DNA of 64,000 bases from an uncultured archaeon (GCA_964430885.1 CAYSHM010000005.1:87068-151067), one strand, 5' to 3'. Positions 49,001 to 59,428 are shown, numbered from the stretch's first letter. Program-made: numbers and translations. The notes: generated by a model not told the origin, from the sequence alone.

Positions 49001-51374
49001 TAGGCCTCTATCCAATCAAGAGATTATCCGAGAATCTAGATTGTATCGGCTTACTTCACAAGTAAGATCTGAAACTATCACTCTACCAGAAAACAGTACT
49101 TGGAATTCCTTCTACTGCAATAGAGACATCCCTCAGGATAGTTTTTTGAACATATCCGTATTAAATGCCAGCAATGATGAGGTCATTTATGTGAATGAAC
49201 AAAGCTCAGGAGAATTCATTTGGGATATGACAACATTACCCTCTCCAGGACCAAAGGAGATTTACCTTATTGCAGACCTGCGATCTACATTATGGGATAC
49301 CCCCATTCTTCATTCGTGGGGAGTCAACTGGACTGTGGAAGAAGTTAATAACACACCTGATAAACCAGTTTTACTTCTAAATATACCAAATATCCTTGTC
49401 GATGAAGATTCACATGATCAAAACCTAATGGACCTTTCACTATTCTACAATGACTCCTATGCTGGTATTCAGCCATCTGCCTACGATATCTCAAATGTAT
49501 CTGACAATGATCATATCCGGCTACTAGTCAATGGTAGTTATCTCCATTTACTATGGCTGGCAGACAATTGGACTGGAAATGTATCTGTTATTGTTAACTG
49601 TACCAATTACTTCAATATTTCCACTCCCAGCAACACATTCATTATTCAAATAACGAATGTTAACGATCCACCAACATGGTTATCCCAGCCTCAAAGAATA
49701 GAGGTGGATGAAGATAATAGCACAAGCACTATTTATTCCCTGGATGAATATGCTCTAGACGTTGATTCCTCAACCTTATCTTTCTCAATAGAATCTTTCG
49801 ATGAAAATATCAGTGCTACCCTTACCAACGATAATCGAGTTGAAATAACCTCAATGAATAATTTTACTGGTAATACATCCATTACAGCAGGCGTAAGGGA
49901 TAATGAATACAATAAAACCATCCTTGTTGAAATACCAGTAGTAGTCAATCCTGTAAATGATAAACCAATCTGCACTTTGAATTATCCTGTGGATGGTGCA
50001 ATTATAAACGGGCCGTTGATCACACTCACATGGAATACTGAGGATGTGGATGATCCGTTAGAGGATATATTATATGACCTTTACTTAGGTGTAGATCCAA
50101 ATCCTCCTTTATATCAAAGCAGCATCACCAAGACCAATTTTACATTTACAGAATTAAAGAGTAATACCACATATTATTGGAAAGTAATCCCCTTCGACAG
50201 TGAAAGTGTTGGCATATGCAGGAATGGTACGAACTCATTCAGGATAAGCATGGAAGATAATATCCCGTACACTGAATTGATCTATCCTGAAAACAACACC
50301 AATCTACAAACAAATTATGTAACCCTTCGATGGGAAAAACTAGATTGGGATCTAAATATATACTACAACATATATCTGGGAAACTCCAAAGAAGAATTAT
50401 TTGAAATAATTACAATAAAAGAAAACCATTTCAATCTTTCTGGAATTGAGGAAAACAAGATATATTACTGGCAAGTTATACCTGAAATCAGGTTCAATCA
50501 AACAAATGTGTTAGAAGGGATCTGTCAAAGCGGTGTATGGCAGTTCTCAACTATCAGGGAAAGTGAGGTCACATACTCCTTGACGCTTGCCCGAAATGAA
50601 ATTCAAATCGCCCCTGGAGGAATAACAACAATAAATATAACTCTGACTAATACCTGCCCTATTGACCTATTAATAAATATCAGCGTTTCCGGGGAACTTT
50701 CAGATAGTTTTAATTTTCCCAAAAATATTCCTCTTGACGAAGATGCGGTGAAAATTGTAACAATTACTGTAAACATCAGCAGTTCAGCTCTTGAAAAAGA
50801 ATACCCTCATATTATCATGACTGAAAGCCGAAATGTTAAACATTCGGAATTGTTCACTTTAACTGTGAAACAAGAGAATCAGGATATTGACGAAGAAAAC
50901 AAGAAATCCGACGATCAAGGCTTCAAAGTATGGATAATTATTTTGATCATATGCATCCTTCTTTTGATAATTGCCGGAATTGTCATTTTTTTATTATTAA
51001 GAAATAAAAAGCAAAAGGAAGTGGAAACCCCTGATCATGCTGAAAATTATGATAACATAGACCCTATAGATCATGGGACCAATGAGGGACATATGCCAGG
51101 AAATGATGGAGGAGTATTTAATCATCCAATCGATCATGAGGTTCATTCTGAAGAACCAGGATCAAACCAGAAACAAGTGCTGCCTCTACCCCCTCCCCCA
51201 GCCGGTCCAAATAATAGCAATATTAATAAATCTGCTGGTTCTGAAACCGCCCCAACTGAATTGAACCTTCAATGCCATGGATGCGGAAGTGATTACAGCA
51301 CTTTAACCACCGAATTTCCGGTCATAGTCACTTGCCCCCACTGCGGAGTCAAAGGAGAGATTGATTCCTATTAA
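46047..51374 (+). CDS. Large single-pass surface protein: Kelch propeller, two LamG domains, cadherin/FN3-like repeats, TM, Pro-rich tail and C-terminal Zn ribbon
   Basis: Six repeats of R...SMVYD...LFGG...DTW.YD; LWHFNE and YWGFDE ... G.IDE LamG motifs; VNDPP and VNDKP; TM; PPPP; CHGC...CPHC. Confidence 0.82.
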   Translation: MDRKWLTITITTIIFLLLGSNLGGIRTDNGTEKKNIEILNSSLQISNAFSEGQDKSDQMYRDAPGDNYGGEWFQTDEADFDSGIFNGISFNDSKGNSRLELEQNSSKWKNMNPANRPGARQGTSMVYDPINDRVVLFGGFNGNYLDDTWEYDLVNNTWININPNPAPTPRRQHSMVYDSVNRKIVLFGGWRYPDNKYDTWVYDVGTKIWTPKNPDPHPEGRRSFSMAFDDTSGKTVLYGGEKGGTRTGNKLNDTWTYDLTTNTWLEKHPGNPPEGRGGAIAAFDPNNSKTTIFSGTVGYDAQVGDLVDELWTYDLNQNQWAEKILSSGPIGMHSPRMIYDEWNDGILLFGGYNGTFFDDTWIYNCSSEEWLRVFTDNAPSARNSFGFTYNNNANLGILFGGNNNNYLRDTWVFRSAQYETNGNYTSEIIDISSHYKWSKFSIQKKEYDNNRINVSIYDADTGMAFEGLDDITDDEADLTLLNEMDVSSIYLKAFFKGDGKNSPLLESWGVDWSIKEGWWDGFIGDSKIDSINSSLPKKFVADQDTFGLWHFNEVDGDNAFDSSNNGNTISLQNTDDDIWQYGRFSNGIWTDGVNDYGKLSSNNFKVQPFSIGVWIKTFGKDQQLVSYANANSYYGWRVRLTSDGKISFHLANSVGTAIAYVESLSQVNDGEWHQLFCVDDGNDLKIYIDGKIEGTSSSTNAAWGSNMRLYLGASRPESPLANKWWKGAIDELWLISRALTYNDIVGHYYPGLTNYDYKIIMLRKDFGPMMDCSCYWGFDEGVGDTLTDSTPDQINGSCINMDQNNWVQSIQDTGLSFDGTEEYVDLPEGDNIFNIQRDFTINTIIKPNRLNHPTTQEIIDINYWNSDAHIGNGISIQIGGNQNQLTANLFLQDDGDGERYGLTSNLALQVGEIYFVTLKRDNDILSFYFNGILDNSVMISSNDVMFTVNRADITGDYNTIGMFHRQDGNIYWHFQGMLDEMSIYNRPLSNQEIIRESRLYRLTSQVRSETITLPENSTWNSFYCNRDIPQDSFLNISVLNASNDEVIYVNEQSSGEFIWDMTTLPSPGPKEIYLIADLRSTLWDTPILHSWGVNWTVEEVNNTPDKPVLLLNIPNILVDEDSHDQNLMDLSLFYNDSYAGIQPSAYDISNVSDNDHIRLLVNGSYLHLLWLADNWTGNVSVIVNCTNYFNISTPSNTFIIQITNVNDPPTWLSQPQRIEVDEDNSTSTIYSLDEYALDVDSSTLSFSIESFDENISATLTNDNRVEITSMNNFTGNTSITAGVRDNEYNKTILVEIPVVVNPVNDKPICTLNYPVDGAIINGPLITLTWNTEDVDDPLEDILYDLYLGVDPNPPLYQSSITKTNFTFTELKSNTTYYWKVIPFDSESVGICRNGTNSFRISMEDNIPYTELIYPENNTNLQTNYVTLRWEKLDWDLNIYYNIYLGNSKEELFEIITIKENHFNLSGIEENKIYYWQVIPEIRFNQTNVLEGICQSGVWQFSTIRESEVTYSLTLARNEIQIAPGGITTINITLTNTCPIDLLINISVSGELSDSFNFPKNIPLDEDAVKIVTITVNISSSALEKEYPHIIMTESRNVKHSELFTLTVKQENQDIDEENKKSDDQGFKVWIIILIICILLLIIAGIVIFLLLRNKKQKEVETPDHAENYDNIDPIDHGTNEGHMPGNDGGVFNHPIDHEVHSEEPGSNQKQVLPLPPPPAGPNNSNINKSAGSETAPTELNLQCHGCGSDYSTLTTEFPVIVTCPHCGVKGEIDSY

Positions 51375-51467
51375 TTATCGAAATATTTCTTGGTTATGGG
51401 TTAAGGCTTGATCATTTTGCCAACCTAACAGTGATAGTGCGATTCTAAAAAAGTTCATCATTTTCAT

Positions 51468-52709
51468 ATGATAAAACAATTTTTCCCCTATCAAAACATC
51501 AAAAATCTTAACAATACTGGAATAAATACATTTATAGTTCATAGTGGCTCATTAAGTATTACACACCAGACTTCAGATTTCAGCAGCATGAAACAGGTGA
51601 ATATGGATATGAAAAAGGATATCAAGGTATTATTTATGCAGAATAATATCTGTACGAGGGCCTGGAAAGAAGCAAAGGCCTTGACCCAAAAGGGAATATC
51701 CGTATCTCTGGTAGAGCTCGATGAAAGCACAGATAATATGGATTATTCCATTTTCCATAAGCATTTCCATATTCCTCTAAAGAAAAAATACACTGTGACC
51801 CGGTTACCCTATGCAAAATATGTATTTATAAAACACCTGAAAAAGATCCTGAAGGAACATGAATTCGACCTTATACATTCTCACAACAGTCCGGATGTTT
51901 ATGCAGTATGGATCAAAAGGAGTTCCAATCTGCCAGTTGTTCATGATATTCACGATATTGCCAGTTTGGTCACATATGAATTCTTTTCCAATAATGCAGC
52001 TAACCAATTGTTCAGACTAGCAAGACTTTACTGGGAGCTTATTGCTTGTAATATTTGCGATGCAATTCTATCGCCTACTCAGGAAACAAAAGATTATCTG
52101 GATAAAAAATACAACATCAGGAGGTCGGCTTTTGTAAATAACAAACCAATAAAACAGGATGTTATTGTGAAAGAAAAACTATCAAAAAGAGATGGCCAGG
52201 TACATCTTGTTTACGAAGGCGGGCTCAGTGAGATCGAGAAGACCGAACGTAATATGATGCCAATATTCAATGAGATAGGAAGCTGGGAAGGCTATCAGGT
52301 ACATATCTATTCAAAACCTGTGGGGAGAATTGGATTAGAGAAGATCGAAGAGCAGATAAAGTATCCTAATAAAATACACATGCACCAACCACTCCCATTG
52401 GATAAATTACTGACAGAAATGACACAGTATGATTACGGATTATGCTTATTTCCCATAATGACAGGGAATCTCAGGCGGGCTTCAGCAAATAAAACATACG
52501 AATACCAGATATCCGGCCTGCCAATTATCAATAATCTGGAGGGGCACACCTGGAAATATATAAAGGAAAAGGGCTGCGGAAGGAATATCCATAAAATCAA
52601 AGATATTAAAAAAATCGTCAAGGAGAAAAATGAATATAATTTGGATACCGGTGACTGTTTTATTAATATAGATACGGTATTGGAATTGTATGAAAAGGTA
52701 CTGGAATAA
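51468..52709 (+). CDS. Glycosyltransferase (GT4-like); true start probably later (about 51603-51609)
   Basis: DLIHSHNSPD, PVVHDIHD, LVYEGGLS, ANKTYEYQISGLPII. Confidence 0.8.
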   Translation: MIKQFFPYQNIKNLNNTGINTFIVHSGSLSITHQTSDFSSMKQVNMDMKKDIKVLFMQNNICTRAWKEAKALTQKGISVSLVELDESTDNMDYSIFHKHFHIPLKKKYTVTRLPYAKYVFIKHLKKILKEHEFDLIHSHNSPDVYAVWIKRSSNLPVVHDIHDIASLVTYEFFSNNAANQLFRLARLYWELIACNICDAILSPTQETKDYLDKKYNIRRSAFVNNKPIKQDVIVKEKLSKRDGQVHLVYEGGLSEIEKTERNMMPIFNEIGSWEGYQVHIYSKPVGRIGLEKIEEQIKYPNKIHMHQPLPLDKLLTEMTQYDYGLCLFPIMTGNLRRASANKTYEYQISGLPIINNLEGHTWKYIKEKGCGRNIHKIKDIKKIVKEKNEYNLDTGDCFINIDTVLELYEKVLE

Positions 52710-52756
52710 ACCCTAAATGGATCCAGCTGGAAAAAAGATATTAAAATGGTGAAAAA

Positions 52757-53515
52757 ATGGCGCTACCATTGATAGAGATCTACAACAAATTCCCAAATTT
52801 TATCAAATGGCCCATTATCAAGCTGGCACTGTCCTCCAAAAAGGTTAAGATCAAATGGTCAAAGAAGATCAATTTATTCAGAAAAATCAATGGAAAAATG
52901 CAGGTTTCCATTACCGGAAAAAAAGGCTGCAGGATAAGAAGGAACTGCGAGATAAAAGCTCAATTATCCATGGAAGAAGATGTCCTGATCGATGAGGGGT
53001 GCCGCATCATTGGGGGACCGATACTTATTGGAAAGGGAACAAACCTATTGAAAGAGTCAGAGGTTATGGGACAAGTAAAGATAGGCAGGTACTGCGCGAT
53101 TGCACGCAAGAACGTATTTCAGGCATTGAATCATCCTACAAATATGGCTTCAATGCAGAGGGGTTTCTATACAAAACAATTCAAAAAGGCCATTCCTACA
53201 ATAACCAAGGGAGGGATCGTGATCGGGAATGATGTGTGGCTGGGCACACAATGCATCATACTGCCGGGAGTAAAGATAGGGGATGGAGCTGTAATAGGGG
53301 CCGGATCAATAGTGACCAAAGATGTCGAGCCCTATTCAGTTGTTGCAGGGATCCCTGCAAAAAAAATCAAATACCGGTTTGATAAAAATAAGATAAAGCA
53401 GTTATTGAGAATTAAATGGTGGAACTGGAGCGACAATAAGATCAAGAAAAATAAAAAATTCTTCTTTGAAAATCTTGAGATGGTTGAAGACTTGTCATCC
53501 ATAATAAAAAAATAA
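52757..53515 (+). CDS. CatB/Vat-related hexapeptide-repeat O-acetyltransferase
   Basis: [49 protein letters not shown]. Confidence 0.9.
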   Translation: MALPLIEIYNKFPNFIKWPIIKLALSSKKVKIKWSKKINLFRKINGKMQVSITGKKGCRIRRNCEIKAQLSMEEDVLIDEGCRIIGGPILIGKGTNLLKESEVMGQVKIGRYCAIARKNVFQALNHPTNMASMQRGFYTKQFKKAIPTITKGGIVIGNDVWLGTQCIILPGVKIGDGAVIGAGSIVTKDVEPYSVVAGIPAKKIKYRFDKNKIKQLLRIKWWNWSDNKIKKNKKFFFENLEMVEDLSSIIKK

Positions 53516-53560
53516 ATACTGAAAAGTCATCTGTGAACTAAAATATTACTTAAGAGAAGG

Positions 53561-54457
53561 ATGAAAATGAAACTGAAGAATATTGCTGGCTTTATTAAGA
53601 AGATCATATCCGTAAACATTCAGGTCTTCAAGGATCTGAAGTCTCAAAAAAAGTTGCCTGAATCCAGGAAGATCAATTATAGAAATTTTTACAATGATCT
53701 GCATGAAGAATATTCTCCGGCTTTCCTTCTCTCAACAGGCAGATGCGGAACAAAACTATTAACAAATATGATGGAAGAAAAACCACGGATAATTGTGGAA
53801 CATACCCCTCGGCCAGAACTAATATATTATTCCAAATTTGCCTATGAGAACAAAGAGGACAATAAGACCTTGGAACATATACTTGATGCTTCAAGATTTG
53901 ATGTGTTCCATCACGGTTATCTTTATAATAAAAAATATTTCGAGACAAATAACAGAATAACTTTTTTTGCTCCAGCGATCAGCACACTTTATCCAAAATC
54001 CAAATTCATACATCTGGTTAGGCATCCAGGTGTTTTTGTCCGGAGCGGGATACGCAGGAAATGGTACATGGGTGCCTCTAATCATGATATGGGCCGGATA
54101 GTCCCTGTAGATGGGAATATTCCATGGAAAAAAATGAACGATATTGAGAAGATAGGCTGGCTCTGGAACGAAACAAACCAGTTTGTTGAGGATTTCAAAG
54201 AGAAGCTTCAGGACAAGAGTAGATGCATCACGGTTAAAGCTGAGGATATGTTCACAAATCCAGATACAATTATAGAAATATTCAAACACCTAGGTCTAAA
54301 AGCACCTCCTAAAAAAGAAATAGTCCTAAATATTTCAAAACCTGTCAATGTTCAGAGAAGCGGGGATTTTCCAGAATATGAAAAATGGTCCACGGATAAA
54401 AAGAGACAACTGAAGAAATGGGCTCCCTTAGCGGGCAAGTATAACTATGAGCTGTGA
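53561..54457 (+). CDS. PAPS-dependent sulfotransferase family protein
   Basis: 5'-PSB-like STGRCGTKLL and 3'-PB-like KFIHLVRHP..FVRS. Confidence 0.8.
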   Translation: MKMKLKNIAGFIKKIISVNIQVFKDLKSQKKLPESRKINYRNFYNDLHEEYSPAFLLSTGRCGTKLLTNMMEEKPRIIVEHTPRPELIYYSKFAYENKEDNKTLEHILDASRFDVFHHGYLYNKKYFETNNRITFFAPAISTLYPKSKFIHLVRHPGVFVRSGIRRKWYMGASNHDMGRIVPVDGNIPWKKMNDIEKIGWLWNETNQFVEDFKEKLQDKSRCITVKAEDMFTNPDTIIEIFKHLGLKAPPKKEIVLNISKPVNVQRSGDFPEYEKWSTDKKRQLKKWAPLAGKYNYEL

Positions 54458-54460
54458 CAC

Positions 54461-55729
54461 ATGTACAAATCAATTATACCCGAAAGATTCAAGAAAAGGG
54501 CCGATTATGCTTTGGATCATCTATTCTCCTACTTCGAAATACCCTATGAAAATTTCGAATTCATATACGGCTCAAAGGGTAAATACCCAATATCATTCAT
54601 GGAGTACCATGAAGAAGAATACGAACTTCTGGAAAAAGGTGTTGCTCCGAAGATAGTATGGTATGAAAAGATGCCGTTTTTTTTCCTTAAAGACCCATCC
54701 AGTAAGGATATTGTCCTCTCGACCTTCATTCTGCTGTCAGGTTATCAGGAACATACCACTGATAAAAGGGATAAACATGGACGCTACCCCTATTCCGAAA
54801 GCCTGCAATCCAGGGGTGATTTCGTTTTAAGGCCTATCATTCAGGAATATGCCGTTCACATCCTAGAACAATTAGAAATAATGGGACTCAAAGGCATTAG
54901 GATCAATGATGAATATAAGAAAAATAACATCATTTTGAGCCATGATATAGATACTCTGAATCAGTGGAAGAACAATAAGGATGCCCTGGGAAGAATATGG
55001 GACCTTATCACCAGACGGGTGAAATACAACTGGGGCGCCTTCAGGCAGGTTTTGATATACCTTCTCAGGAAGCGGGATCCAAACGATACCATCAATAGAA
55101 TTATGAAAATGGAAAAAAAGTATTATAAAAATTCCATATTTTTCTTCCTGACAGAGTTCAGGAGCAAATACGATGGTGATTATGAAGGGAATTATCCCAA
55201 ACTGTACTCAAGAATGAAAGGGATCATGAAGGACGGGTTTCAGATAGGTCTTCACGGATCTTATAACTCATGGAAGAACGGAGGCATGCTGAAAAAGGAA
55301 AGATTAAGATTGGGGAAAAATATCGCAAGGGATATCACATCCATAAGGCAGCATTATCTAAGGGTGCACCGGTCCACCACTGGAAATCAGGCTGAAGCAG
55401 GATTCAAATTCGATTATTCACATGGATTCCCTGAGATGAGCGGTTTCCGAAATGGGACGTGCAGGCCATTCCATGCTTGGGACTGGGCGGCTGATTCTGC
55501 ATCCAGTATTACTGCTATTCCTTTGATAGTAATGGACCGAACGTTCATAGGATATCAGAATAAGATGAAAGAAGAAGCTTTTCCAATCATAACCAAGCTT
55601 ATTGACACGGTAAAGGGGCACAAAGGACAGTGTTCCATCCTTTGGCATAATGATGTTTTCAACAGAGTAAAGCATCCTGGCTGGGATAAATTGTATGAGA
55701 AAGTCCTCAAATATATTAGAGAATATTGA
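54461..55729 (+). CDS. Polysaccharide deacetylase family protein
   Basis: LSHDID, IGLHGSY, RQHYLR, GFRNGTCRPF, ILWHN. Confidence 0.85.
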   Translation: MYKSIIPERFKKRADYALDHLFSYFEIPYENFEFIYGSKGKYPISFMEYHEEEYELLEKGVAPKIVWYEKMPFFFLKDPSSKDIVLSTFILLSGYQEHTTDKRDKHGRYPYSESLQSRGDFVLRPIIQEYAVHILEQLEIMGLKGIRINDEYKKNNIILSHDIDTLNQWKNNKDALGRIWDLITRRVKYNWGAFRQVLIYLLRKRDPNDTINRIMKMEKKYYKNSIFFFLTEFRSKYDGDYEGNYPKLYSRMKGIMKDGFQIGLHGSYNSWKNGGMLKKERLRLGKNIARDITSIRQHYLRVHRSTTGNQAEAGFKFDYSHGFPEMSGFRNGTCRPFHAWDWAADSASSITAIPLIVMDRTFIGYQNKMKEEAFPIITKLIDTVKGHKGQCSILWHNDVFNRVKHPGWDKLYEKVLKYIREY

Positions 55730-55755
55730 TATTCAAACTGTTTAATTCCCGGTTT

Positions 55756-57288
55756 TCATCTCAGTTCCTTTTTAATATAACGGGTCATCTCCCTGGGGTT
55801 TATTATTCCCCAGATATATTTCACCTCGTTCTTACCGAATTCCCTGAAGATGAACATCAAGGCGAAATATATGACCGCTCCCACAATAGAATATCCTATC
55901 AGATCATAGAAACGGTCGATAGCCCAGTAGGGAGCCAGGGCATATTTCATAACTACAGCCATTATGAATGCCCCCAGTGCATTCAGAACTATCCTCCAGC
56001 TCCCTTTAGAACCGGATATGAACTTATAAACAACAATTCGGAGAGCAATGTAATAGATTACCGTCGACAAAAGTGTGCCAATGGCCGCTCCTTTTGCTCC
56101 CCAACCTAAAAGCGTGATACCCATAACGCTAGGGGCTATGAAGATCAGATTGAACAATATGTTCAAACCAAACCGGGGGATTCCCAGTGCCGCAGTGAGC
56201 TTGGGTCTGTTAGTACCAGACAACTGAGGGCCGTATGGTATACTTAGAACCTGGAACATAACAAATATCCCGAATATGGCCAAAATGGGAGCGGAATCCA
56301 TTGCTTTGGGCCCCAGCATTATCTTGACAACTCCCTCGGGAAAGAATACCACAAACATACAAATTGGCAGGATGAAGAGGGAAATGTATTTCTCCGCCAT
56401 TTTGGTTAGGAACTGGATCTGTTTATAGTTCTTCTCTTTATGGAATTTTGAGATCGTGGGTAGTACAAGGGTTCTAACTGCCACTCCGAAGGTGGTGATA
56501 AATACTGTTATCTGGTAGGCTGCAAAATAGATACCCACATCTTCCGAGGACCAGAATAACTGGATCATGACCCTGTCAGTGGTTACCGCCAACATTCCGG
56601 CCAGAGTAAAGAATAATAAAGGCAGTGAGAATTTGATATAGTCCTTTGACATTGCCCAGGTAGGTCTTTTCACCTTATAATCCTTGAAAAAAAGAACTGC
56701 GCAACTGATGATATAAGCAATATTGCTCATATTCCACGCCATCGCCAGGGCCATTGGGCCCATATTCAATCCCACAATGACGAGAACAGTGGCAAGTTTT
56801 GCAATTGTCGAGAGAAGCATGCAAAGCTGAACCTTAGCTATCTCCTTTTTACCCTGAAAGGTAGAAATGAATACGCTGATGTAGGAACCCAATACAAAAT
56901 TCAGCAATAGGAGATAAATTACATATTTGTGCTGTGGCGATTCAAAACCGTATCCTAGGAGGAATTCCCAGCCGAAGAGCACTGAAATAACCACCACCAG
57001 ATACAGAGGCGTTAATACGCTTTTAATTGCTAGATAGGTTCCAACGCATTTTCCAATGTCCCGGCCTTCAGAAATCCTTTTAATATGTACAGTATTGGTT
57101 CCAGGAGTTAGAATTATCATGAACATGCCTAAAAAACCCAGGGCGAAGGAAACAATACCGTAGTCATGAGCCGGATTTTCCATATTTTGAAATATCAAAT
57201 AGAGTATGAACCACCCCATTGCACCCCCTAGAAAATTATTGGCTACTATTAGTAAAGTTTTCCTGCCTAATGAGTTCTTATCCGCCAA
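55756..57288 (-). CDS. Oligosaccharide flippase (Wzx/RfbX, MATE-like)
   Basis: About 12-14 TM; YGIVSFAL, TTDRVMIQLFWSSEDVGIYFAAY, GAKGAAIGT. Confidence 0.88.
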   Translation of the reverse strand: MADKNSLGRKTLLIVANNFLGGAMGWFILYLIFQNMENPAHDYGIVSFALGFLGMFMIILTPGTNTVHIKRISEGRDIGKCVGTYLAIKSVLTPLYLVVVISVLFGWEFLLGYGFESPQHKYVIYLLLLNFVLGSYISVFISTFQGKKEIAKVQLCMLLSTIAKLATVLVIVGLNMGPMALAMAWNMSNIAYIISCAVLFFKDYKVKRPTWAMSKDYIKFSLPLLFFTLAGMLAVTTDRVMIQLFWSSEDVGIYFAAYQITVFITTFGVAVRTLVLPTISKFHKEKNYKQIQFLTKMAEKYISLFILPICMFVVFFPEGVVKIMLGPKAMDSAPILAIFGIFVMFQVLSIPYGPQLSGTNRPKLTAALGIPRFGLNILFNLIFIAPSVMGITLLGWGAKGAAIGTLLSTVIYYIALRIVVYKFISGSKGSWRIVLNALGAFIMAVVMKYALAPYWAIDRFYDLIGYSIVGAVIYFALMFIFREFGKNEVKYIWGIINPREMTRYIKKELR

Positions 57289-57590
57289 AAGCGGCCACCG
57301 TCCTAATGATTTATTATATTTTCAGTGAATCCATTCATTCATTGTATACTTATCTTCAACCAGAAACGGATGAGTTCCTTCTTTACAATAAAACAAAGAT
57401 ATAAAATGTACCATTGTAATTTAAACCCCCTTGTAAAAACAATAATCACCAGATTTTACCTGAACTAAATACTGAAAAATCATAGATTAACGCTAATATG
57501 CAGGAAGAGGTGCTTCTACATAATTTAAATAAATCACCCTAAAAAAGTAATATTCCTATTCACCTTTATGTCTGAAAAAATCTTAGAGGT

Positions 57591-58700
57591 ATGCTTCAGA
57601 TGGGAACCATAAGGGAAGAGATAGATAGACTTGAGGAAGAGGTGCGGGGGACAAAGTACAACAAGGCTACCCAGCACCACATTGGCAAAATTAAAGCCAA
57701 AATTGCCAAATTAAGGGAAAAAATGGAGGCATGTTCAGGCGGCGGTGGCGGCGGTGGTGGATACGAGGTTAAGAAAAGCGGTAATGCTACCGTATCTCTC
57801 GTAGGGTTCCCTTCCGTGGGAAAGTCTACCCTTCTTAATAAAATCACAGATGCTGACAGCGAGGTAGGTCAGTACGCGTTCACCACACTAGAAGTGATTC
57901 CAGGTATGATGGAATACAAACAAGCTGAAATACAGATCTTAGATCTGCCGGGATTGATCAAAGGCGCCTCCAGGGGGAAGGGAAAAGGAAAAAGGGTTAT
58001 TGCTGCTGCCAGAGCATCCGATCTGGTATGCCTTCTTATAGACGTGTTCTACTCTAAACTTGAGGTTCTATTAAGGGAACTTTTCTATTCCAAGATTAGA
58101 CTGAATGAGAAGCGACCGGATATTCAGATAATCAAGGAGAATTACGGCGGGATCAATGTTGCCTTCACATGCGACCAGAGTCATGTGAACGAGGAAATGA
58201 TAAAGGATATGATCCGGTCATACGGTTTCGTGAACGCACATGTTATAATAAGGAGCGACATTCGGCAGTACCAGCTAATTGATGTCTTAACCCAGGGTGT
58301 CAAATACCTGCCTGCGTTTCTAATAATTAACAAGAGCGATCTAGTGAGCAGAGAACATTCACTGAAGATCAAGAGGAAATATGCTCATTTCAATCCAATT
58401 ATTCTTTCACTAAAGGAAGAAAAAGGTATTGGCAAAGTCAAAGAAGCTATCTTCAACAAACTCCATTTGATCCGAATATACATGAAACCCCAGGGCGGAA
58501 AAGCTGACATGGATGAACCGCTGGTGATAAAGAACGGATCGGATATCGAAGCTGTTTGCAACACAATTCACCGAGATTTTGTGGATAAATTCCGCTATGC
58601 CAGGATCTGGGGGCCAAGCAGTAAATTCCCAGGACAGAAAGTAGGTCTGGAACATAAGTTAATGGACGAGGATATCGTTACAATAATAATTCAAAAATAA
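57591..58700 (+). CDS. DRG-family (Obg) GTPase with TGS domain
   Basis: NKATQHH, GFPSVGKST, YAFTT, DLPG, NKSD and a C-terminal TGS domain. Confidence 0.93.
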   Translation: MLQMGTIREEIDRLEEEVRGTKYNKATQHHIGKIKAKIAKLREKMEACSGGGGGGGGYEVKKSGNATVSLVGFPSVGKSTLLNKITDADSEVGQYAFTTLEVIPGMMEYKQAEIQILDLPGLIKGASRGKGKGKRVIAAARASDLVCLLIDVFYSKLEVLLRELFYSKIRLNEKRPDIQIIKENYGGINVAFTCDQSHVNEEMIKDMIRSYGFVNAHVIIRSDIRQYQLIDVLTQGVKYLPAFLIINKSDLVSREHSLKIKRKYAHFNPIILSLKEEKGIGKVKEAIFNKLHLIRIYMKPQGGKADMDEPLVIKNGSDIEAVCNTIHRDFVDKFRYARIWGPSSKFPGQKVGLEHKLMDEDIVTIIIQK

Positions 58701-58756
58701 TTTTATTAATAATAAATTTTCAATATGAACAGGATCTAAAGGGAGAACTAGATCAC

Positions 58757-59428
58757 ATGGGTTACGCTGAATTCTTCGAGAGTACAGTCCTTGATGCTTT
58801 CAGATTTTTAATGGAGGATTTCGCATTCAAACATTCAGGGACAAAGAAGTACCAAAGAGAAACCAATGTCAGTTTCAGGAACCAATATGCCGAGGTATGC
58901 GTGCACGAGGAAGCAGGATGCAGACCGTGGGTTGTTCTGGGACGTATGGAGGATGAAAGAGTAATTGAATCCCATGGACTTTACTCACTTGTAAGGCTCC
59001 GATGTCCAGATAAAAAATCCTATCTCAAGAGTGAATCAGAATACGGGACCCCTGAACGTGAAGAGCTAGTCAAGATTATCAAGCTCAAGGCAAAACTGCT
59101 GAGGGAAAACGGAAAAGATATTATGACTGGTGATTTTTCAGTATTTCCGGAATTGAAACGGATAGAAGCCATTCGTATGAGAGAAGATAACAAGAAGAAT
59201 TTCGGCACATCAACAGGCGAAAGTTCACGGTTCGATCATAGACCCAGCCTGAAAGAGCTGTTCCGAGATGTAAAGAATCCAGGTATCGCGGAAGCTAGGG
59301 TCTACCAGGCCTATTGGGATTACGATTACGATATCAAAACCATATCAGAATTTCTGTCAGAAAAACCAAGTGCAGTTAAAAAAATGCTCGCTCACTGGGA
59401 CGGATTAGAAGATCCAATTCTTAGATGA
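58757..59428 (+). CDS. Hypothetical protein with C-terminal HTH-like segment
   Basis: 223-aa ORF with RBS-like gggag; C-terminal RPSLKELF...YDIKTISEFL. Confidence 0.6.
   Translation: MGYAEFFESTVLDAFRFLMEDFAFKHSGTKKYQRETNVSFRNQYAEVCVHEEAGCRPWVVLGRMEDERVIESHGLYSLVRLRCPDKKSYLKSESEYGTPEREELVKIIKLKAKLLRENGKDIMTGDFSVFPELKRIEAIRMREDNKKNFGTSTGESSRFDHRPSLKELFRDVKNPGIAEARVYQAYWDYDYDIKTISEFLSEKPSAVKKMLAHWDGLEDPILR

Noticed and set aside
52757-53515. Antibiotic-resistance acetyltransferase (CatB/Vat)
   Set aside because: Its position among glycosyltransferase, sulfotransferase and deacetylase genes favours sugar O-acetylation.
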